DNA of 40,991 nucleotides from an uncultured Candidatus Bathyarchaeia archaeon. GTDB taxonomy: Archaea > Thermoproteota > Bathyarchaeia > Bathyarchaeales > WAQA01. The DNA is taken from assembly GCA_964490655.1 (NCBI GenBank), contig CAZBDB010000001.1:1-40991 (forward strand), given 5' to 3'. Made by a program: the position numbers and the translations under genes. The notes under the pieces were generated by a model. That model did no database searches. It was not told where the DNA came from and was given only the letters and a program-made list of their open reading frames with translations. Shown piece by piece: positions 34,801-40,991 of the stretch (within the stretch, counting starts at the first letter, position 1; the number at the start of each line of letters is the position of its first letter).

Positions 34801-36553
34801 CAGGCTTAGCAATCACCTCGAGTATCCCGGCAAGCTGAGCGGTAGCTACTGATCCCTGAGCTTCTTGGGGTGTTGCCATCTGGACGTTTCCAGCAAACCC
34901 GGTAGTACCGCCGACGTAATAGACTATGAGGTCGTCCCATACCTCAGGGTCACTTTCCTTTGTAACTGGGTTGAAAAAGTTAGTCGTAAGGTTGTACGTA
35001 GTAACCGTTATGTTGAGCGTCGCATATCCCCATTCGGTATGGAATCGTGAAGCCCCACTTGCAGATAGAGGTAGAGTAGGTTCGTTCAGTAATCCGTAGG
35101 CCACTGCTGCGATAAAGTATGCTTGGGACCAGACGTTGCTGAATATGACTCTGTCATACGTGTCCAGAGGGGTCATCTGGTAAGTCCGGTAATCGTTGAC
35201 TGTGTTTATGCTGAATCCGCCGCCAAAAGCCGCTAAAGTGAAAGGTTCCGAGTCGAACATGACCCAAGCGAACCTCATGGGCGGAGAAGACTGTATGAAG
35301 GGCGGATGGATTTGAAGAATGCCGTCTACGAAGGATCTACCGTAATCTTGTCCAAAAACAGCTCTCAAACGTGGCAAATATCTATTGAATATTGTAAAAA
35401 CGAGAGGAGCATACTTGGCGTTCAGACTTTCCATAAGTTTGTAGCCGTAAGTGAAACCCTTATTCATTACAGCCAGCTGATCTGTACCGTAGCTTAAGTC
35501 CAAGTCTATGAAGAGCTTGATCTTAACACCCACTTCGCTGAAGTGTTTATCCACGTATTCCTTAGCACCCCATATGTTTTGGAAGTGACCGGATGTTAGC
35601 AAGATGATGACCGATCGTTTGGGTGTGTTTTCAACTAGAAATCTGGACAGTTCTAGAAGTACAGAAGGCCCGATGGATTCTGTTGCTCCGGGAGAAGTAC
35701 TCGGGAAGATGCTAAACGAGTCGTAATAGGCACACAAGGCTATGTATTCGTTCCTCAGATCTGGATCTGAGCCTTCTATCAACCCAACGATGTTGGGCAC
35801 AAGCACCCTCTCCCATGTCATCTTGGATCTTATCCAGATGCGGGCTTCTCCATTATTTTCATCTAAGTAATCAATCATCTTCGATGAATCTCTTTGGCTC
35901 AGAAGATATCTTGGGAACTTAATGGGTTGGTAGTAAATCTTAGAGAAGGCCTCCCCCCTCAGCGTCTCCGTGCCCATGTTATATATAACGCCTTTGGCCC
36001 CGAACATTATAGCGAAACGGAAGAACCACTTTGAGTTGAAGTCCATGATCACAAATTTTCCAGAAACATCTTTGCCGTCGAAATCGTCCATTTCCCCCCT
36101 ACCGACGTAGATTACCCTATCTCCTTCAGCGGGACTTGTGTAGCTGTTAGTATTGACGAAGTTAGGCCAGCACATAGAACTGTTCAAAACCCTACCGTCT
36201 GCAAGAGTTATATTCGCTCCCCAGTCCATCGGAACCGTGACATAGTAGTTTTCATAAAAGCCTTCATCTCCGTAAGGCTGGACTCCAATCCCTTCGAGGT
36301 AATTCGCGATGTAGTCGGCAGCTTCAAAGAAGCCTGGGTAACCGGACACTCTAGAGCCGAGGCCGCTTAGATATTTCACGTGATCCTGTATTCTATCGTT
36401 CCCGTCCCCCTCTCTGAAGAAAGAAGATACGTCATCAAAAGAGATCTGTTCCACTTGTGGTTGAGCAGAAACAGGTATCGACAAGAATTGAACGCTCACC
36501 AGAAGAACTATCAGAGTCAGCAGAAATGAACATCCTGTGCGATCGCCAGACAT
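31874..36553 (-). CDS. Giant FtsX/MacB-type permease fusion: signal peptide, PA domain plus M28-like (transferrin-receptor/GCPII-like) ectodomain with degenerate metal ligands, further ectodomain, 4 extra TM, MacB-like core, and a novel C-terminal cytoplasmic domain
   Basis: 1559-aa ORF. The PA-like segment is GDRVIYVGRGEMDDFDGKDVSGKFVIMDF...GAKGVIY. The M28-like segment is NIVGLIEGSD...YIALCAYYDSF..SPGATESIGPSVLLELSRFL...VIILLTSGHFQNIWGAKEYV...FIDLDLSYG...MFDSEPF. The FtsX block is YERIRSISVYVVVGSTPTQIAGMFLAESLVYGVLSSVLGYVLG...VYPALKAWRLVTPSLE. A TATA box lies about 34 nt upstream. Confidence 0.75.
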   Translation of the reverse strand: MSGDRTGCSFLLTLIVLLVSVQFLSIPVSAQPQVEQISFDDVSSFFREGDGNDRIQDHVKYLSGLGSRVSGYPGFFEAADYIANYLEGIGVQPYGDEGFYENYYVTVPMDWGANITLADGRVLNSSMCWPNFVNTNSYTSPAEGDRVIYVGRGEMDDFDGKDVSGKFVIMDFNSKWFFRFAIMFGAKGVIYNMGTETLRGEAFSKIYYQPIKFPRYLLSQRDSSKMIDYLDENNGEARIWIRSKMTWERVLVPNIVGLIEGSDPDLRNEYIALCAYYDSFSIFPSTSPGATESIGPSVLLELSRFLVENTPKRSVIILLTSGHFQNIWGAKEYVDKHFSEVGVKIKLFIDLDLSYGTDQLAVMNKGFTYGYKLMESLNAKYAPLVFTIFNRYLPRLRAVFGQDYGRSFVDGILQIHPPFIQSSPPMRFAWVMFDSEPFTLAAFGGGFSINTVNDYRTYQMTPLDTYDRVIFSNVWSQAYFIAAVAYGLLNEPTLPLSASGASRFHTEWGYATLNITVTTYNLTTNFFNPVTKESDPEVWDDLIVYYVGGTTGFAGNVQMATPQEAQGSVATAQLAGILEVIAKPDEHGTVTIKGIKPYTGQDAPSVVNAFAVDSTEGNIYWATDLGSFGAMRLQGVPTITALITSSYMTKLVPIFECGSIVLMNMLNPRDLSSSLNPVVYNFLSHGPMIRWGQWTGSPIFGDRMFFIEPGIPAEIVIYFAGAGAPSPGQLQVVGGAGATSYVWGALLNSTHEYERPSGYIVARKGETVVIKHPSFEYANQLFLLNDARVSTAERFSVSNPMIVLYHGLAEGYMESSSNALDDLQYSSAYGDSFAAWGYEQRAYVETIGLIQNAIFTTSFFFLLVLPFAYVFERLTFSYFGLKRVLAVMLISILLVLFLYLFHPGFHLAHNLLMVLTGFGMIVVIIPIIGFLISEASSSAKAMSSKILGIHSLASTAGAVISAAFGTGIQWMKKRPFRSALTLASITIITFSLMTFTSLATIAVPRTLSTTDTPVPYSGLLIRQKPWANIPTELWLQLKAELGESAYVAPRVWFFPPAGPSTRGFIYWNVQNLTARIYSVLALGPEEQEISGIWDRIKVRGRWFYPDETFSIIVSRELATNLTRELGRPIGPGAQIAFYGLNLTVVGLFDGASLYSGFGFSPESGLIDLDGEPITPRDPVMAPGGAQAVPPHLQGSYVVIVPFELLWKIFSVGAQPVSIAIKPLNDSDIEPLALKLAYRLNTLIIYGLIKGKSIEGWPIGDVVEVTARSWFSFLGAENLMVPLIIAAVSILNITVGAIYERIRSISVYVVVGSTPTQIAGMFLAESLVYGVLSSVLGYVLGVSATSILIRLGAYPPDFFPNFASSFILVIVGLAIAIPVLATVYPALKAWRLVTPSLERKWKIPEPVGDHWTVPMPFIVTTEEELLGIFGFLREYFDTYSGYEKTGLFSTERLSYDEYIEGLRTIKRLSAVVRLAPYDLALMENVDLEAVAQEGRYNLTLHFLRTSGVLKNWKTSNKVFINALRKQFLIWRVLPPSQKDFYQKRAAESLASTSRQQSGRT

Positions 36554-36580
36554 TATCTCTCATTACATGGTTGAAAGAAT

Positions 36581-36598
36581 GTTATATAAGATTTTTGT
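36581..36598 (-). promoter_or_regulatory. BRE/TATA box for the operon of the 1559-aa, 665-aa and 1011-aa genes
   Basis: Sense ACAAAAATCTTATATAAC; the core lies about 34 nt upstream of the ATG at 36553. It is preceded by a T7 terminator for the upstream gene. Confidence 0.5.
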
Positions 36599-36610
36599 AA
36601 CCTTCTCTGC

Positions 36611-36640
36611 CCTCCGATCTCCCAAAAAAAGGAGGTGTTG
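36611..36640 (-). terminator. T7 tract with flanking CCTCC/GGAGG complementarity after family C gene 36668..37858
   Basis: Sense CAACACCTCCTTTTTTTGGGAGATCGGAGG, about 30-55 nt downstream of the stop and immediately followed by the TATA box of the next unit. Confidence 0.5.
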
Positions 36641-36667
36641 TTGGAGATCTGGGATGCACCCAGCTTT

Positions 36668-37858
36668 CTATTTTCTTCTTCGGATTAGCACCAGAATGAT
36701 GAATATAACAGCTACTACTGCGACAGGTGCCAGCATTGATACGTCGTGCATTATCAGCGCCATCTGCTCAGCATTCTCAGCTTGGCTCAGCAGGCCAAGA
36801 GCTTGACTTAGATCTTCCTGCGCGCCGGCCACATCTCCTGCTACTACCTTGTCATAGGCTGATGTCGCTGTAGTTAATGCTTGAGAGGCCAGATCCTTGG
36901 CTCCTGTATCCTTGTACGATTCCATTGCATGCGATGCACCGCCCTCAGCCTTCCCGAGATCGACGAGTAGATTTATCATCTCCAGATTGTCTTCGTAGCC
37001 TCCTGGACCGTGAATGTACAAGGCAACTTTGGCGACTTGCTCCTGACCCTCTGTCATAGCACCTTCGCCCCAGCCGGTATGTCTGAATTGAGAGCTGAAC
37101 TCTACGCCACCCCACTCCCTCTCGTCTCCTAGACTATAGGATACATACAAGGGAGGAGCTAGGTTGACTACGGTGATTCCTTCGGCGGGCTTACTGAAAT
37201 CCATCCAGTAGGTCGTCGCAGTATTGTCGAAGAGAGAGTCGACGCCCGCTGCGTGTTCAGCTGGGAGATCTACCTCTTGCAGACCTATCCCCTCGACTGA
37301 AAGGTAGGCTTTGCTGCCGCCAAAGACGTTCTCTGGGAATCCCCAAAGTCCCCATGCAATCTGTGTCACTGCAAGTGCATCTTCGTCTGCTGTCAATGTT
37401 GAGGATATCAGGATGACACCGGTCTTGCTTACCGTTATGTCCGTCACCATTGACAACGGATGAACATTATACTTGCTGAAAAACTTCAGAGACACGTAAT
37501 CAGCCGTCTCTTGTATTTCAGGCTCGTCTGTTGCATTGCTTCCCCCAGTTTGGCCCCAGTCGTCCGACCAGATAAACCATCCCGCCTGATAGGCATAAGT
37601 CATCTGTGCTATCCTTATGTCGCTGACTCCCCCATTCTTCTGAATGGTAACTCCAAACTCCTCCACGCCCGTTGCACTCAGCCAAGCAACATTGACTTCA
37701 TCCGCCCCAACATCGACCAAGAACTCGCCAGCTTGCTGCTGAATGTAAGAGAGCTCTGTGACGCCCTGTACGCTGGCAGAAGAGACAACTAGACAAAGCA
37801 GAGCTGCTACTGTAACCAATCCAAAGGTATCAGAACGCACTTCCAAATATCCCCCCAA
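36668..37858 (-). CDS. Family C surface protein (third paralogue), immediately upstream of the FtsX/OPT-like cluster
   Basis: 396-aa ORF with a TTG start at 37858 (alternative in-frame GTG 18 nt downstream). It carries the family C motifs SSTLTADEDALAVTQIAWGLWGFPENVFGGSKAYLSVEG, YWMDFSKPAEGITVVNLAP and VALYIHGPGGY, and the C-terminus APVAVVAVIFIILVLIRRRK. About 65% identity by eye to 10421..11596 in the core. Confidence 0.85.
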   Translation of the reverse strand: MGGYLEVRSDTFGLVTVAALLCLVVSSASVQGVTELSYIQQQAGEFLVDVGADEVNVAWLSATGVEEFGVTIQKNGGVSDIRIAQMTYAYQAGWFIWSDDWGQTGGSNATDEPEIQETADYVSLKFFSKYNVHPLSMVTDITVSKTGVILISSTLTADEDALAVTQIAWGLWGFPENVFGGSKAYLSVEGIGLQEVDLPAEHAAGVDSLFDNTATTYWMDFSKPAEGITVVNLAPPLYVSYSLGDEREWGGVEFSSQFRHTGWGEGAMTEGQEQVAKVALYIHGPGGYEDNLEMINLLVDLGKAEGGASHAMESYKDTGAKDLASQALTTATSAYDKVVAGDVAGAQEDLSQALGLLSQAENAEQMALIMHDVSMLAPVAVVAVIFIILVLIRRRK

Positions 37859-37876
37859 TTCTTATTGAGGAGGCCA

Positions 37877-37891
37877 GAATATATAAGATTT
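37877..37891 (-). promoter_or_regulatory. BRE/TATA box for family C gene 36668..37858
   Basis: Sense AAATCTTATATATTC; the core lies 26 nt upstream of the TTG at 37858, consistent with a leaderless mRNA. Confidence 0.45.
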
Positions 37892-38009
37892 CCCCACTTG
37901 CACGCACAAGAGAAATAATATTCCACAATATGCTTGTATACGCTATTTGTGGAAAGAACATTCTGAGAGTTAAATGCACGAATACCCTATCCACATATGA
38001 GGGACTCCA

Positions 38010-39041
38010 GTGAAGGCGATAGTCTATGAAGGCCCGCGAAAACTCGTACTGAAGGATGTTCCTAAACCCCGATTGGGACCTAGAGATTTGCTCATAAAAG
38101 TTAAAGCCGCAGGAATCTGCGGAAGCGATCTGGAGATGGCACGAGGAAACCGTCCTGACGTGGTCCCGCCCCGGATCCCAGGCCACGAGATCGCTGGACA
38201 AGTCGCTGAAGCTGGAGGACAAACAACAAGATTTCAAGTGGGCGACAGAGTCGTCGTGGAGCCAATCATATCATGCGGAAGATGCCGCAATTGTAGAGTC
38301 GGCCGGTACAACATCTGCAATGAATTGAAGTTCTTGGGCGTTCATACCGATAGCGCTTTCGCAGAATACGTTGTCATCCCAGAACAGCGAGCTTACAAGA
38401 TCCCAAACCGCTTTTCGTATGAAGAAGCAGCGGTCTTAGAGCCTACAGCTGTAGGAGTACATGTTATCAACAGATCTCGAGTATCGCTCGGCGACACTGT
38501 CGTCATTCTTGGGGCCGGATCTATTGGACTACAGATAGGACAAGTAGCCAAGACTAGAGGTGCCGGTTACATCATAATGACGGATGTTTTCGATTATAGA
38601 CTAGAACTAGCGAAGAAACTTGCCGCCGACCAAGTGATCAACTCAACCAAAGAGGACCCATTGCAGTACGTGAAGAAAGCAACCGACGGAGAGGGGGCGG
38701 ACTTGGTGATCGAGGCGGTTGGAAAATCTGAAACGATCCTGCAGACGATGGATCTCGTTCGGGCGGGAGGAAGGATACACATAGCCGGACTCTCGGTGGA
38801 AAGTTTCGTAACTGAGCCGCCGACATTCTGGATGAGACAACTGCTGAAAGAGGTGACTATTGAAACCTCCAGATCCTACGCAGCTGATGATTGGCCTGCA
38901 GCGATAAAACTAGCATCAAAGGGAGATATTAACTGCAAGGCGCTGGTCACCCACAAATTCTCGTTGGAACAGGCCGCAAGAGCCTATGAGGTCGCCGACA
39001 AAAAGCTAGAGAAGTCCATAAGAGTCCTGTTTAAACCTTAA
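38010..39041 (+). CDS. Zn-dependent medium-chain dehydrogenase/reductase (sorbitol / L-threonine / polyol dehydrogenase type)
   Basis: 343-aa ORF with a GTG start. The catalytic-Zn motifs are GICGSDLEM and GHEIAGQV. The structural-Zn Cys cluster is CGRCRNCRVGRYNIC. The Rossmann motif is VVILGAGSIGL. Confidence 0.9.
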   Translation: MKAIVYEGPRKLVLKDVPKPRLGPRDLLIKVKAAGICGSDLEMARGNRPDVVPPRIPGHEIAGQVAEAGGQTTRFQVGDRVVVEPIISCGRCRNCRVGRYNICNELKFLGVHTDSAFAEYVVIPEQRAYKIPNRFSYEEAAVLEPTAVGVHVINRSRVSLGDTVVILGAGSIGLQIGQVAKTRGAGYIIMTDVFDYRLELAKKLAADQVINSTKEDPLQYVKKATDGEGADLVIEAVGKSETILQTMDLVRAGGRIHIAGLSVESFVTEPPTFWMRQLLKEVTIETSRSYAADDWPAAIKLASKGDINCKALVTHKFSLEQAARAYEVADKKLEKSIRVLFKP

Positions 39042-39159
39042 GAGAACAGAAGCAACACACGATGGATTTTGTCCAATCAAACCGTCCGATTGGATACGTT
39101 AATAAGCCTTTCAGGGAGCGTCTATACGTGGTGATTGTCCACCCAGCTTGGTGCACTAA

Positions 39160-39972
39160 ATGAAGCTAGGAATCAGTAGTTATGCCTATCGATGGGCTCT
39201 CGGAGGAGATCCCAGGTTCGAGAATGATTTCAAACCCAGAACACCGATAGATGTCTTCGGTCTCATAGAGAAGGTCTCGGCGCTTGGATTGGAGGTACTT
39301 CAGATATGTGAGAACGTCGACTTTGACATGGCTGCCGGAGACTACGAAAGGTTAGGGGAAGTCGCGAAAAGTGAGCGAATAAACCTGGAGTTAGGTGACG
39401 CCGGGATTGAACCCTCCATCTTTAACAGGAACATGCGTATAGCAGAGCTCACGGGTTCTCACCTTCTGCGGTTGTATCCCGTAAAGAGAGAGCCCATCGA
39501 GAAACTGGCAAAGAAGATACATGGCTTTCTGCCAATACTCCGGGATCGAGAATTGACGCTGGCCGTAGAGAATAGCAGCCTGTGTCTGTATAGTTCTCAT
39601 CAATTGGCGGAGATTTTCGAGCGGATCGGTGATCCTCTGGTTGGGGCCTGTGTTGACACGGTGAATTCTACGGGGCTCTTGGAGAGGCCCCTTGATACTG
39701 TCAAGGCGCTCTCTCCATACGCTGTGTCCCTCCATTTGAAAGATTTCTGCATCAAACGTCGGAATGTTGGTGGCTTCGCAATCTTCGGCGTGCCTCTGGG
39801 AAGGGGGATGCTCGACGTGAAGGCCGTGCTCAACATAATCAAGGAATCCGGCAGGGACCCAAACATTATCTTGGAACAATGGATGGACAGAAGGGACGAC
39901 GAGGAGGAAACAGTCAAAGAGGAAGAGAGATGGATGAAAGAAAGCGTCAGATTCCTACGTTCAGTTCTATGA
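39160..39972 (+). CDS. Sugar phosphate isomerase/epimerase, xylose-isomerase-like TIM barrel (AP_endonuc_2 fold)
   Basis: 270-aa ORF. It starts MKLGISSYAY. The characteristic ladder of metal-binding positions is LAVEN, CVDTVNS, SLHLKDF and ILEQW. Confidence 0.75.
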   Translation: MKLGISSYAYRWALGGDPRFENDFKPRTPIDVFGLIEKVSALGLEVLQICENVDFDMAAGDYERLGEVAKSERINLELGDAGIEPSIFNRNMRIAELTGSHLLRLYPVKREPIEKLAKKIHGFLPILRDRELTLAVENSSLCLYSSHQLAEIFERIGDPLVGACVDTVNSTGLLERPLDTVKALSPYAVSLHLKDFCIKRRNVGGFAIFGVPLGRGMLDVKAVLNIIKESGRDPNIILEQWMDRRDDEEETVKEEERWMKESVRFLRSVL

Positions 39973-40071
39973 CATATATCGAACGCCATTATGCCTGAGC
40001 CGTATATAGACAGGAAGTCAAGTACTATACACGCAATTGCTGGATCTTGAGAAGTGAAGATACACGCGCTA

Positions 40072-40991
40072 CTACTCTTCATCGTTCAGAGTGTTGTCCC
40101 TATGTCCACGGGCTCCTTTTTTCAGGATCAGAACCCAATCATTTTCATCAGGCGTTCTGAATTTCGCTATCTCTTCCTTCACCGTTTTGGGCGCTTGCCT
40201 TGTCTTCCCTGTTCGGGGATTGTACCAAGAGCTTTCGAAACTTAATGGTCCAGGAAGATTGAGTGAAGCTGTCCCGCCAGTCGGCAAATATACTAGAAAA
40301 GCGTCCTTTTCTAAGCTTGACATGCAGAGCGGTCTTGTGCCTGTTTTGTGTTTTATGGATTGATCGATGATTTCGGTTTCTGGCTTGAAACGATGGAATT
40401 CAACGATATTCGTGAAGAAATCTCTAAATACAAGCAGGTATTTCATACCTTCTTGGTCTTCGTCAGGTATCCACCATGGGCCCCAAGTGTTCTCGAAGCC
40501 ATGGATTACTCCTGTGCCGGAGAAAGCTCCTCTCCATGCTCCTCGCCGGGTGTGCTCAGAGTTCAAGTGCTTGTGTCCTGGAACCTTCAAGTCGAGATCC
40601 GGGTTTCGTTCATATCCATATTCTGCAAGGACAAAGGCTCCTTTCCAGTCCTTCAAGCTGTACTTCATGTTGTCCTCGATTCCCGCCGCCAGCCACGAAT
40701 CCCTCTCGCCAGTTGTTCCCCAAGTCTGAAACATGATGAGGTCTATCACTCCCGGCGCCCTCTTGAACCTTCGGGCAAATGGCGGTTCGCGAGGACCGTT
40801 GTGGATTGCGACAGGATGCCCATGTGGCGCAATCTTCTTGACGAATCTCCCAGTACGTATCGCCCAGAGGTCTGCCTCAGGGTTGTAGTGCCAGTCGCCG
40901 TTCGGATAGTATTCATATTCGTTCATAAGAGTCCAAATGTATACGCTGCTGAATGCATCGTATCTTGCAACAAGGTATCGCATCCACAATT
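40072..40991 (-). CDS. DUF4038/GH140-like (GH5-like) glycoside hydrolase with a C-terminal collagen-binding-like beta domain; partial, 5' end off the right window edge
   Basis: The reading frame is open to the window edge, so the TTG assigned by the ORF track is not a real start. Clan GH-A motifs are present: YIWTLMNEYEYY (acid/base) and AFVLAEYGYE (nucleophile). The C-terminal pattern FLVYLPTGG...SSWYNPRTGK...DENDWVLILKK is typical of the beta domain that follows DUF4038 catalytic domains, as I remember that family. Confidence 0.5.
   Translation of the reverse strand, partial: LWMRYLVARYDAFSSVYIWTLMNEYEYYPNGDWHYNPEADLWAIRTGRFVKKIAPHGHPVAIHNGPREPPFARRFKRAPGVIDLIMFQTWGTTGERDSWLAAGIEDNMKYSLKDWKGAFVLAEYGYERNPDLDLKVPGHKHLNSEHTRRGAWRGAFSGTGVIHGFENTWGPWWIPDEDQEGMKYLLVFRDFFTNIVEFHRFKPETEIIDQSIKHKTGTRPLCMSSLEKDAFLVYLPTGGTASLNLPGPLSFESSWYNPRTGKTRQAPKTVKEEIAKFRTPDENDWVLILKKGARGHRDNTLNDEE

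Noticed and set aside
35050-36553. Calling the N-terminal M28-like domain of the 1559-aa protein an active aminopeptidase
   Set aside because: Several residues that I align with the co-catalytic Zn ligands and the general-base Glu are substituted (Tyr, Gly/His and Glu in place of His, Glu-Glu and His). I therefore report it as a probable pseudo-peptidase, pending a rigorous alignment.
26811-36553. Annotating the FtsX-type fusions as a complete MacB/LolCDE/FtsEX ABC transporter
   Set aside because: Only the permease-type domain is present. No nucleotide-binding domain is fused or encoded nearby, so a transporter or ABC function cannot be claimed from this window.
1-40991. rRNA, tRNA, CRISPR arrays, IS elements, transposases, integrases, toxin-antitoxin or known defence genes
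   Set aside because: By eye I found no cloverleaf-like or rRNA-like segments in the intergenic regions and no spaced direct-repeat arrays. No ORF has a DDE, tyrosine/serine-recombinase, nuclease or helicase motif. A proper tRNAscan/Infernal/CRISPR finder run would be needed to exclude small RNAs formally.

Overview
The window is about 41 kb and gene-dense. I support 22 CDS and saw no rRNA or tRNA genes, CRISPR arrays, transposases or integrases.

Origin: the transcription signals look archaeal. First genes of units have A/T-rich BRE/TATA-like boxes 26-40 nt upstream of their start codons. GGTGA-type ribosome-binding sites appear mainly in front of operon-internal genes, and there are oligo-T terminators. 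Many exported proteins end in one TM helix plus an R/K-rich tail. I read this as a chromosomal glycan-utilisation island of an uncultivated archaeon; the lineage cannot be assigned from sequence alone.

Two protein populations:
- Enzymes with no signal peptide: GH42 beta-galactosidase, a divergent GH42-like paralogue, GH5, a large clan GH-A enzyme with a CBM-like insert, a GH101/GH129-like enzyme and an AGE-family epimerase. A partial DUF4038/GH140-like enzyme (5' end off-window, so its N-terminus is unseen), a Zn-dependent MDR dehydrogenase and a sugar-phosphate isomerase/epimerase TIM barrel complete the set.
- Nine membrane-anchored surface proteins with no recognisable catalytic domain. 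Eight fall into three locally duplicated families: A x2, B x2 and C x3, plus one DUF2341-like/CarboxypepD_reg protein. The two FtsX-type fusions below are additional to these.

Most unusual part (24.4-37.9 kb, minus strand): two giant FtsX/MacB-type permease fusions, each followed by a 665-aa OPT-like polytopic membrane protein. One fusion carries a degenerate M28/PA pseudo-peptidase ectodomain and the other a CarboxypepD_reg ectodomain. Both end in a shared uncharacterised cytoplasmic domain of about 165 aa. There is no ABC ATPase and no solute-binding-protein ABC sugar transporter anywhere in the window.

Other points: a 12-bp perfect palindrome GGCTAGCTAGCC recurs only in intergenic DNA and brackets the GH101-like gene. 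A shared promoter core (sense AAATCTTA) precedes four minus-strand units.
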